DNA of 64,000 nt. Source: Treponemataceae bacterium. Its GTDB lineage: Bacteria; Spirochaetota; Spirochaetia; Treponematales; Rectinemataceae. Shown piece after piece: positions 49,423-57,800 of the stretch. The stretch is from contig CAXXVZ010000003.1 of the NCBI GenBank assembly GCA_963678065.2, forward strand, positions 2,272,001 through 2,336,000. Direction: 5' to 3'. Both the position numbers and the translations under genes were made by a program. Position 1 is the first letter of the stretch; the number at the start of each line of letters is the position of its first letter. The notes under the pieces are model-generated. The model saw only the letters and a program-made list of their open reading frames with translations. It ran no database searches and was not told the DNA's origin.

Positions 49423-50676
49423 ATGCGTGCACCAACTATCGCGTTCATGATGATCGTGATCGCGACGACCTCCATCGTTCCGGTTGGAAGCCAGACGCCG
49501 AAGGGAAAAATCGTGGCGATGATCGGAGGCGATACTGCGGCGTACACCGAAATCATCAATCGGTTCACCGCAAAGTACCCAGGCACCTCGGTCGAGTTGC
49601 TGCCGGCTCCCGCCACCTCTGCCATCCGCAGGGAAAAATACGTGACGATGTTCGCCGCGAAGGACAAATCTATGGATGTCCTCCTGACGAACTGCATCGA
49701 TACCAGCGAATTCGCCTCCGCAGGTTGGACGATGCCTCTCGATAATGTGATCGATATGAAAATCCTCCGCGACACCTACTACCCTGCGAACATCGACTCG
49801 GGGACATGGAACGGAAAGCTCTACGCCCTGCCGCATACGGCCGATGCTCTCCATCTTTATTATAGAAAGGATCTCCTCGACCAAGCGGGTCTCGCTCCGC
49901 CCACCACCTGGGATGACCTCGTAAAGATTTCGGAAAAGCTGAAAGGTGTCGTTCCCTACGGACTTGTTTCGTCCTGGGAGAAGGGCAACCAGTTCATGTG
50001 CCAGTTCCTCCTCTACGCGGCCGGAAACGGTGGAAGCATCCTGTCAAAGGACGGAAATACCGTGACGCTCGATAGCCCGGAGAACGAGAAAGCCCTGCAG
50101 CTGATGACGGACATGATCCACAAGTACGGCATCGCGCCGCTCGACAACCTGAGCCTCACCGTCGATGATGGTCGCATCATCTTCAACCAAGGCAAAGCGA
50201 TATTCAACGTCAACTGGGACTACGCGTGGGGACAATACCAATCCGCCAATAGCGTGGTCAAGGACAAGGTCGGGATGGCCCCGATGCCGGTATTCCCCGG
50301 TAAGGCTCCTTCCAGCGTTTTGGGTGGCTGGGGACTTTCCGTCAATAACTACTCCGCGAACAAAGCCACTGCTGTCGCCTTCATAAGCTTCCTCTCCGAT
50401 ACCGAGAGCATCAGGTACCTGTTAAAAAACACCTCGCAGAGTTTCTCAAACAAGAAGATCATGTCCGAGCCTGCCTACCTCTCGTTCAACTCGGTCTTCA
50501 CAGGAGCCCTCTCCAGGGATTACGGCACAACAGTGAGCCGGCCCGTGACTCCTCGGCTCGCCGAGATCGTCGATGCGTTCAATCAGTACCTAATGCCTGC
50601 CGTCTACAACAAAGCGACCGTAAAAGATTCCCTGAAAAGCGCGGCCAACAGGATCAAGACGGTAATCACAGACTAA
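49423..50676 (+). CDS. Sugar ABC transporter substrate-binding protein (CUT1)
   Basis: Signal peptide, GKLYALP, LYYRKDLL, PPTTWDDL, LGGWGL, SRP; AAGGAG RBS. Confidence 0.92.
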   Translation: MRAPTIAFMMIVIATTSIVPVGSQTPKGKIVAMIGGDTAAYTEIINRFTAKYPGTSVELLPAPATSAIRREKYVTMFAAKDKSMDVLLTNCIDTSEFASAGWTMPLDNVIDMKILRDTYYPANIDSGTWNGKLYALPHTADALHLYYRKDLLDQAGLAPPTTWDDLVKISEKLKGVVPYGLVSSWEKGNQFMCQFLLYAAGNGGSILSKDGNTVTLDSPENEKALQLMTDMIHKYGIAPLDNLSLTVDDGRIIFNQGKAIFNVNWDYAWGQYQSANSVVKDKVGMAPMPVFPGKAPSSVLGGWGLSVNNYSANKATAVAFISFLSDTESIRYLLKNTSQSFSNKKIMSEPAYLSFNSVFTGALSRDYGTTVSRPVTPRLAEIVDAFNQYLMPAVYNKATVKDSLKSAANRIKTVITD

Positions 50677-50699
50677 AAATCTTGCAAAGATGAATGAAA

Positions 50700-50725
50700 G
50701 GGAGACGGATAGATATCCGTCTCCC
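50700..50725 (+). terminator. Stem-loop between SBP and permease
   Basis: GGGAGACGGATA-GA-TATCCGTCTCCC, perfect 12-bp stem. Confidence 0.6.
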
Positions 50726-50742
50726 CTCTATGGAGGCTGTCT

Positions 50743-51684
50743 ATGGCGAGAGTTTTACATCGAGCGATCCGCCCGCGGTATCGAGTCAGCACGGTGGATC
50801 GGTCGCGGGTACGTTTCGGCTATATCCTGCTTGTGCCCTCCCTGATTTGCATCATTCTGGTTATAGTCATCCCGATCCTGAATACCCTCAAAATGAGCCT
50901 CTACTCGATGCGGCTCAACCAGCCAGCAGCGGCCAAATTCGTCGGTCTCCGCAATTTCGTCCAGATCACCCAGGACCAGAGGTTCGTGAACTCGGTGTGG
51001 ACGACACTCGTCTTCATCGTGGGGACAACCACCGGGATCATCACCTTAGGTCTCGGCATCGCCCTGATCATGAACCTCAAATTCCCAGGAAGAGGAATAG
51101 TACGCAGCGCCCTCCTCATACCTTGGGTAATGCCGAGAATCATCGTGGCCAAGATCTGGGCTTGGATTTTCAATGGCATCTTTGGAATCGCCAATTCGGT
51201 CCTCTTGGGCTTGGGCATCATCGGTGCGAATATATCTTGGCTCAATATGAAGCCTCACGCGATGGTAGCGGTCCAGATCGCCTACATCTGGGCCAGCACC
51301 CCTTTTGCTGGCCTACTCCTCCTCGCCGGCCTCCAGTCGATCGACCAGGAGCTCTATGAGGCCGCCAAGATCGACGGAGCCTCAGCCTGGCAGAGATTCG
51401 CGAGGATCACGCTCCCCTGCCTCCGTCCGACCCTTGGCATCACCATGATCTTCACCCTGCTCGGCGCCTTCAAGAGTTTCGACCTCATCTTCGGCATGAC
51501 CTTGGGCGGTCCCATGGAATCGACCGAAACCATGATGCAGTATGCCTACAGCAACCTTTTCGCCTTCCTCCGCTTCGGGTATGGTTCGTCGATCGTGGTG
51601 ATGATCGTCCTGCTCACTTTCGGCGTTTCGGTGCTTTTCGTAAAAGGCTTCAAAATCGACCTCGGGGGAGGGTCCCGGGTATGA
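50743..51684 (+). CDS. Sugar ABC permease (MalF-like)
   Basis: FVGL-x-NF, ELYEAAKIDGA-x-x-WQRF-x-x-ITLP, GGP. Confidence 0.92.
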   Translation: MARVLHRAIRPRYRVSTVDRSRVRFGYILLVPSLICIILVIVIPILNTLKMSLYSMRLNQPAAAKFVGLRNFVQITQDQRFVNSVWTTLVFIVGTTTGIITLGLGIALIMNLKFPGRGIVRSALLIPWVMPRIIVAKIWAWIFNGIFGIANSVLLGLGIIGANISWLNMKPHAMVAVQIAYIWASTPFAGLLLLAGLQSIDQELYEAAKIDGASAWQRFARITLPCLRPTLGITMIFTLLGAFKSFDLIFGMTLGGPMESTETMMQYAYSNLFAFLRFGYGSSIVVMIVLLTFGVSVLFVKGFKIDLGGGSRV

Positions 51685-52523
51685 TCAAGGCGAAAACAAG
51701 AAAACTGATAAAGTTCATAGCAGCGGCCATCCTCGGCCTGATCCTTGTCAGCATCGTCATCTTTCCTTTTTACTGGCTGGTAGTGACCTCGATCAAGAAC
51801 GCCGACGAAATATCCCTGATCCCTCCAAACCTCTGGCCGAAATCCTTCCACCTCGGCAACTACATCAAGATCTTCACCAACTATCACATGCTGGATTTCA
51901 CCAAGAACAGCCTGGTAGTGGCGATCATCTCCACTGCAGTGTGCAGCATCATAGGGGCCTTTGCAGCCTACCCCCTTGCGCGGTTCCCCATCAGATTCAA
52001 GCGGACAATCATGTTCTTCATCCTTTCCGTGTCCATGTTCCCGAGCATGGCGGTCTTGGGTCCACTCTTCCTGTCGATGCGCGATATGGGCTTGATCAAC
52101 ACGGCTGGCGGACTGATCCTTCCGTACACCAGCTTTCTCCTTCCCATCACCGTATGGGTGCTCACCAATTTTTTCCGGGAAATACCACTGTCCCTGGAGG
52201 ATGCCGCGGCGATCGACGGCTGCACTCCTTTTCAGGTGTTCCTCCACATAATGGTTCCGCTCGCCATCCCTGGAGTATCGACGATGGTGATTCTCAATTT
52301 CATTTCTTCGTGGAATGAGTTCCTCATCGCCTATACGATTACGAAAACCTCGATATCGCAGACGCTTCCGATCGGAATCGTGATGATTCAAGGTGAGTAT
52401 GAATTCCCCTGGGGATACATATCGGCTGCTTCTGTGGTCGCCACGGTTCCCCTGATCATCGTCGTATTGGTTCTTCAAAGAAAGGTAATTGCGGGCCTGA
52501 CCGCAGGTGCGATAAAAGGCTGA
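51681..52523 (+). CDS. Sugar ABC permease (MalG-like)
   Basis: PFYW, NSL, LEDAAAIDG, WNEF, GLTAGAIKG. Confidence 0.92.
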   Translation: MIKAKTRKLIKFIAAAILGLILVSIVIFPFYWLVVTSIKNADEISLIPPNLWPKSFHLGNYIKIFTNYHMLDFTKNSLVVAIISTAVCSIIGAFAAYPLARFPIRFKRTIMFFILSVSMFPSMAVLGPLFLSMRDMGLINTAGGLILPYTSFLLPITVWVLTNFFREIPLSLEDAAAIDGCTPFQVFLHIMVPLAIPGVSTMVILNFISSWNEFLIAYTITKTSISQTLPIGIVMIQGEYEFPWGYISAASVVATVPLIIVVLVLQRKVIAGLTAGAIKG

Positions 52524-52576
52524 CGAAGGCCGCATTGATCGAAACATTTGGCAATATCAAGGACAAGGAGTATTTC

Positions 52577-54733
52577 ATGGCAGGAGATTGTTTCCGCATT
52601 GGCGACATTCGGGTGAAGGTGTGCCTCGAAGAAATTTCCGAGAGCATTCTGCGCGTATCGGTATTGCCGGCCAACGAATCGGTGTCTTCGGTGTTTTCCA
52701 GGTTCGATCTTGCCGATCGGCCGTGGGGCGAGTCATCCACTGCCTCGGATGGCTTCGACAAGACCGAATCGATATCGACACAAAGCTTTTCCGCAAGGAT
52801 CGCTGCCAAGCCTTTTTCCATCAAAGTGTCCAGGGGCGGAAAGCAGCTTCAATCACTTGAAATAGATAGCGAAAACGGCGAAGTGCGCTTCGACCTGGGT
52901 TCCGGCCCCCTTTTCGGCCTCGGCCACGGTTTCAAGAAGCACTTCGACCGGAAAGACGAATATTACGACCTGAAGACGAACGGTCAGGTTCCCGGCATTA
53001 TCGAAAACTACAGTGCCACTTCTCCCAGCCCATATATCGCGAGCACCGAAGGCTGGGGCGTATATTTCCATCAGCCATGGAAAGGCTCTATCGATCTCCG
53101 AGGGAAGACGGGTGTTTTCAAAAAACAGCCCGCTCCTTACTGCGACATGTTCATCGTGAGCATCAAGAAGCCGGTCGACGCCGCAACCGCGTTCTATGAG
53201 ATTACCGGCCGTCCGCCTATGCCGCCAAAGTACACTTTCGGATATCAGCAGAGCTACAGGACTCTCCTGCATAATGGGGAAAACCTTGTGCTCTCCACTG
53301 CCAAGTACATGCGTGACAACAAAATTCCCTGCGACCTCCTCATCTACCTGGGCACCGGGTATTGCGAGAACGGCTGGAACACGGACAATGGCGAGTTCAC
53401 GTGGCATCCTGAAGTTTTTCCCAAGCCCGCCGAGACAATGAATAAACTCCACGAGATGAACTACAAGGTGAGTTTGCACATCACAAAGTGCCATACAGGG
53501 CTTCATGGAAGCGTCAACGATGCCGGAGAGACGAGTCCTCTCGAATACGACCACGCCAAAAATTACTGGAAGATCCACGAGGACCTTTACACGATATCGA
53601 AGAACGAAGTCTGGTGGCCTGACGATGCCGACGAAGTCGACATGGAGCAGAGGCTGAACCGCCACAGGATGTACTACGAAGGCAGTTTGAGGCTGAATCC
53701 GGATGTACGGCCGCTTCAAATGCAGCGGAATGCCTTTCCTGGCTGTACAAAGTGGGGAGGTCTCGTCTGGACGGGCGACGTGCTATCGGAGTGGGAAACC
53801 TTGAAGAATCAGGTTCCCATAGGATTGAACGCGGCCCTGAGCTGCAGCCCTTTCTGGGGCACCGATACCGGAGGGTTTTTCTCCACAGTCGAGTATGATG
53901 GGGAATTGTATACGAGGTGGTTCGAATTCTCTACCTTTACACCTCTGTTCCGCTCCCACGGGCGGCCTTCCTTCCTTCACAATCCCTGGGGTTGGACGAA
54001 ATACAAATCTCTCGACGACATGCCGCTGGAATTGAGCCCGCACATGATTCGATGCGCCGCTCCGAAAAAAGACATAGTGCCCGACGAGAGAGTCGAGCCC
54101 ATCTGCAAGAAATTCATCAATGCCCGATATGAGCTTCTTCCGTATATCTACAACCTCGCCCACGAAGCGTCCGCACACGGAATCCCCGTAATGAGGCCGA
54201 TGTGGTTCGAGTATGCTGATGATGCCACGGCGAAGGGAATGGGAAGCCAGTACTTCCTCGGGGAAAGCCTGCTCGTCGCTCCCGTCACCGCCAAAGGGGC
54301 GACAACATGGGAAGTGTACATCCCAAAGGGGAAATGGTACGATTATTGGACCGGTACGGCATACGACGGAGGAAAATCGATAACTGTGGACGCTCCCCTG
54401 AACACCATTCCGGTGTTTGTTCCCGCCGGGGGTATCATCGCCAAAGCACCCGTTGTCCAGTTCGTCGACACCAGACCCATGTCCGGTTTTGACAAGCTCA
54501 CGATAGAGATTTACCGTGGGGCTGACGGCAAGTACGATCTCTACGAGGATGACGGGATAAGTATGGACTATCAACAGGGGAAATGTTCCAGGACCACCAT
54601 CAGCTGGACTGATATTTCAGAGACTATCAATGTCACTGGCACTTCGGAAATGTATGGTGGCAGGGAAAGACAGATCGAGTTCGTCCTGAAGCCGGGAAAT
54701 CAAAGAAAGACCGTAAAAGTCGAATATATCTGA
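52577..54733 (+). CDS. Glycoside hydrolase family 31
   Basis: ITGRPPMPPK-x-x-FGYQQS, IPCD, WWPDD nucleophile region, WTGD, GTDTGGF, RSHG, RYELLPYIY, LYEDDG. Confidence 0.9.
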   Translation: MAGDCFRIGDIRVKVCLEEISESILRVSVLPANESVSSVFSRFDLADRPWGESSTASDGFDKTESISTQSFSARIAAKPFSIKVSRGGKQLQSLEIDSENGEVRFDLGSGPLFGLGHGFKKHFDRKDEYYDLKTNGQVPGIIENYSATSPSPYIASTEGWGVYFHQPWKGSIDLRGKTGVFKKQPAPYCDMFIVSIKKPVDAATAFYEITGRPPMPPKYTFGYQQSYRTLLHNGENLVLSTAKYMRDNKIPCDLLIYLGTGYCENGWNTDNGEFTWHPEVFPKPAETMNKLHEMNYKVSLHITKCHTGLHGSVNDAGETSPLEYDHAKNYWKIHEDLYTISKNEVWWPDDADEVDMEQRLNRHRMYYEGSLRLNPDVRPLQMQRNAFPGCTKWGGLVWTGDVLSEWETLKNQVPIGLNAALSCSPFWGTDTGGFFSTVEYDGELYTRWFEFSTFTPLFRSHGRPSFLHNPWGWTKYKSLDDMPLELSPHMIRCAAPKKDIVPDERVEPICKKFINARYELLPYIYNLAHEASAHGIPVMRPMWFEYADDATAKGMGSQYFLGESLLVAPVTAKGATTWEVYIPKGKWYDYWTGTAYDGGKSITVDAPLNTIPVFVPAGGIIAKAPVVQFVDTRPMSGFDKLTIEIYRGADGKYDLYEDDGISMDYQQGKCSRTTISWTDISETINVTGTSEMYGGRERQIEFVLKPGNQRKTVKVEYI

Positions 54734-54807
54734 TCATATATCATGTATTCATTGCGATTTTTCCACTAGCTCACACGGTAGGAAAAACCGCAATCATAAA
54801 AGGGAGT

Positions 54808-55497
54808 ATGATTATGAAGAAGGATTTGAGCGAAAAAACCTTGGGCATTATACATGCATCTATATTGACGACCAGAGCCGTGCAGAAATTTTTGGATGAA
54901 TTCATTCCTGAAGTCAAAGTCATGCATATGGTCGACGATACAATCCAGCGTGACAATATCGCTGCGGGTCCGGGCATAATTCCAAAAGTAAACTACTTCA
55001 AGTTCGCTCAATATGCGCACAATCTTGAGGAAGCGGGCGTTGACCTGATCCTTCTGGCTTGTTCAACATTCAACTTTGCGGCCGAGCTGGCACGCCCGAT
55101 GATAAATGTGCCGATTGCCCAAATAGACAGGCCGATGATGGAACAGGCTGTAAGGGTCGGTAGGAAGGTGGGCCTTCTGGCCACCTTGGCGACGACGGTA
55201 CCCTCGTCCGAACGCCTCCTCAAGATAGCGGCGGAGGAAGCCGGCCGAGAAATCGAGGTAACGACAATCCTGTGCGCAGAAGCATTCGAGGAATTGCAGA
55301 GGGGCAATGTGGAACGACACAATCAACTCTTGCTTTCCAACGTCGATGAGCTTTCCCGATCGGTGGACGTCATCGTCATGGCCCAGCTTTCGATGTCAGC
55401 TCTCTCGCCTTTTGTACAAGATTCACGGGTTCCCGTGTTGAACTCGGGTACGAGTTGTTTCGTTCGCGTACGTGAGATGCTCGAGGCAATGTTGTGA
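54808..55497 (+). CDS. Asp/Glu/hydantoin racemase-fold protein
   Basis: LLACST, IDRPM, VGLLAT-x-x-TT, VMAQLSM. Confidence 0.8.
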   Translation: MIMKKDLSEKTLGIIHASILTTRAVQKFLDEFIPEVKVMHMVDDTIQRDNIAAGPGIIPKVNYFKFAQYAHNLEEAGVDLILLACSTFNFAAELARPMINVPIAQIDRPMMEQAVRVGRKVGLLATLATTVPSSERLLKIAAEEAGREIEVTTILCAEAFEELQRGNVERHNQLLLSNVDELSRSVDVIVMAQLSMSALSPFVQDSRVPVLNSGTSCFVRVREMLEAML

Positions 55498-55528
55498 TAC
55501 ACTGATTTGAAACGATATGGAGTACTGA

Positions 55529-56065
55529 ATGGACATTGGAAATCGTATCCGGAAGCTGAGATTGAGCCAGAAGCGTACTCTTCAGGATATCGCCGACGGA
55601 AGCGGATTCACGAAGAGTCTGCTTTCGAAGATTGAAAATGGCTTGGTTATGCCTCCCGTAGCTACCTTGTCTAAGATAGCAAAGACGCTTGGGGTAAATG
55701 TCTCGAGTCTTGTGGAAGTCGGGAAAAATATGGGAGCGATCTTTACTCCAGCAGAAAAAATAACTATTTCCGATGAGATAAAATCGGCCTCCGGTTATAC
55801 CTTTTATCCAATTGCTTCAGATCATCTCCATAAAAAAATGCAGCCTTTCATTTTTCACGCCCGGCTGGGAGAGGTCGTCAAACACGAAGTCTCCCACGAA
55901 GGCGAGGAATTCCTCTATGTGCTCGAGGGGGAGATGAAGTTCAAAGTCGGTAGTATAGAATACACACTCAAGGCAGGAGATAGCTTGTATTTCGATTCTA
56001 TTGAAAATCATGGTGTAACACCGATCTCGAAGGAAGTGTGCTATCTGGATATTTTCGTGGATTGA
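55529..56065 (+). CDS. XRE-family regulator with cupin sensor
   Basis: IGNRIRKLR...SLLSKIENG HTH; MQPF, HEGEEFLYVLEG, GDSLYFDS. Confidence 0.93.
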   Translation: MDIGNRIRKLRLSQKRTLQDIADGSGFTKSLLSKIENGLVMPPVATLSKIAKTLGVNVSSLVEVGKNMGAIFTPAEKITISDEIKSASGYTFYPIASDHLHKKMQPFIFHARLGEVVKHEVSHEGEEFLYVLEGEMKFKVGSIEYTLKAGDSLYFDSIENHGVTPISKEVCYLDIFVD

Positions 56066-56427
56066 GATGAATCACGTTTAGGTTCAATGACGGCTTTTTC
56101 ACGTGCACAGGTCCTCCGAGCCTGCATCACAGCGAACCGCTCCCGTTTTGTCGTGCAGGAATTTGCCTGTGATCTCTTCTTGGGCTCATCCACAACGAGG
56201 AATCAGTCTCCCTCGCAGGGCTTGGATATCTACGGTCATGCCATGTCGTCTGGAGCGCTGTCCGGTTTCTGAAAGTGAGTAAACGGGTGTGCAACCGAGT
56301 TGATGGTGTTCCAATCGATGTGCCATGCCATTGAGGACCTGGTCGCCTCCTTTCTCCCTGCCGCATTCCTGCTGTTGCTGCGAGGAGAGTGATGAGATAA
56401 AGATCAATTCTGCAATCCCATATGGCG

Positions 56428-56661
56428 TTAACAGTATTCGTATTTAGTAGTTTCGTAATGATTTCTGTATCTATTGTACTTTCGTGCTGCCATTTTCCCC
56501 GATTTGATCATACTGATAGCAAAATTCTCTGCTTCCGCCTTTTTTGTGCTACATGTCGATATACCACTCATCCGTTCGCCAGTCTCGGGATCTCGAAAAC
56601 GAACATAGTATGTAGCTTTTTTTCCGGTTGATCTCCTGTACATTGAATATTGTTTTGCCAT
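56428..56661 (-). pseudogene. Tyrosine integrase N-terminal (arm-binding) fragment
   Basis: YSMYRR...YYVRFRDPETGERMSGIST...AEAE resembles phage-integrase N-termini. It lies directly downstream of the tRNA 3' end; no catalytic domain. Confidence 0.6.
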
Positions 56662-56727
56662 GATGCCAACTCCCTAGTTATATAGTTACGGAGTTGAAAC
56701 ATTGGTTTTTCAGGGTTTGGGGGATTT

Positions 56728-56808
56728 GGCTACACTTCCGGCTACACCGCTCCTAAAAGAAAAATCCCTGCTGTACCAGGAGTATTATTCCTTATACAGC
56801 AAGGATTT
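56728..56808. other. att-arm-like region: GGCTACAC direct repeats and an inverted repeat next to the tRNA 3' end
   Basis: GGCTACAC at 56728-35 and 56740-47; AAATCCCTGCTGTA...TACAGCAAGGATTT at 56762-56808. Confidence 0.5.
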
Positions 56809-56811
56809 AAG

Positions 56812-56885
56812 TCGGGCAAGCCAGACTCGAACTGGCGACCCCAAGTCCCCCAGACTTGTACGCTAACCACCTGCGCTATTGCCCG
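56812..56885 (-). tRNA. tRNA-Pro(GGG)
   Basis: CGGGCAA/TTGCCCG acceptor stem, TAGCGCAGGTGGTTAGCG D-arm, CAAGT-CTGGGGG-ACTTG anticodon arm, GTTCGAGTC T-loop; CCA not encoded. Confidence 0.95.
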
Positions 56886-56939
56886 GAACACCTCCGTCGC
56901 CGGAAGCCGGTTGAACATAGCACGTCCGGAAAAGCCATG

Positions 56940-57800
56940 TCAATGGCAGCCAAAGCGTTCATCGCCCGGCCTGGGGTCGATGCCGGGGCGGGTGAGGGCG
57001 AAATCATATTTGACCGGATCGCCGGGAGAGTAGAGCCGGAAGGCCTCCGTGACGCGGAGCGCCGCCCTCATGTCGGGGAGGCGGAACGGGGCGTAGGCTT
57101 CGCTCTTTCTGCCCTTCTCTGCCTCGCCGAGGAATCCGAGCCTCTCTCTGCAGGTCGCAAACATGTGAGTGTCGAGGGGTACGATGAGGCGGGCAGGATC
57201 CAGCTTTGTCCAGCCTCCCGGATCGATCGCGTCTTTCCGCACCATCCAGCGCAGATACAGGAGAAGCCTCTTGCAGGCCGAACCCGCTCCCGTATCCGGA
57301 AGAAGGTTCGGTCTCAGCCTTCCGCCCCCGAGTTCCCGGATTCCGCGCGCGAAATTGCCCGCCGCTTTCCGCAGGTCCGGGCCGCCGGGGTCGCTCGAGC
57401 AGAAATACGCCTCGAGACTGCCCGTCATCCTGAGGGCCTTCCTGATTCCGACAAGAAGGGCTACCATGTCAGCGGAAAACATGAAGCGATACTGAAAATC
57501 CTTCCATATTTCCGCGATATCGCCCTCATCCATCGAGAGTAGCGCGCTCGCCGGATGCTCTCCAAGCGGAGAGAGGGCGATCCTGCAGGCCTTGAGGATG
57601 AGGTCGACGGACCCGAAGGCCAGAACCGATGCCACAAGTCCGGCCACCTCGCGGTCCGCGACATCGAGATAGGGCACGACTAAGGCGAGGGGATCTCGTT
57701 CGAGCCTTCCGGGTACAGAACACTCGGCGTAAATCTCTTCGAGCATACAGGCGATGGCGGGATCGAAGGCCGGAAGGGGCAAAATGCTTCTGGTTCTCAC
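56940..57800 (-). CDS. TIGR02757 / DUF2400 family protein
   Basis: DPL, DREVAG, LAFG, SACKRL-x-LYLRWMVRKD-x-IDPG-x-W, PLDTH, DPVKYDFAL; GTG start overlaps the upstream stop. Confidence 0.88.
   Translation of the reverse strand: MRTRSILPLPAFDPAIACMLEEIYAECSVPGRLERDPLALVVPYLDVADREVAGLVASVLAFGSVDLILKACRIALSPLGEHPASALLSMDEGDIAEIWKDFQYRFMFSADMVALLVGIRKALRMTGSLEAYFCSSDPGGPDLRKAAGNFARGIRELGGGRLRPNLLPDTGAGSACKRLLLYLRWMVRKDAIDPGGWTKLDPARLIVPLDTHMFATCRERLGFLGEAEKGRKSEAYAPFRLPDMRAALRVTEAFRLYSPGDPVKYDFALTRPGIDPRPGDERFGCH

Noticed and set aside
44977..54733. Sulfoquinovose sulfo-TK pathway (GH31 + split TK + reductase)
   Set aside because: The GH31 lacks the MADFGE motif of sulfoquinovosidases, and no SQ isomerase or sulfonate exporter is recognisable
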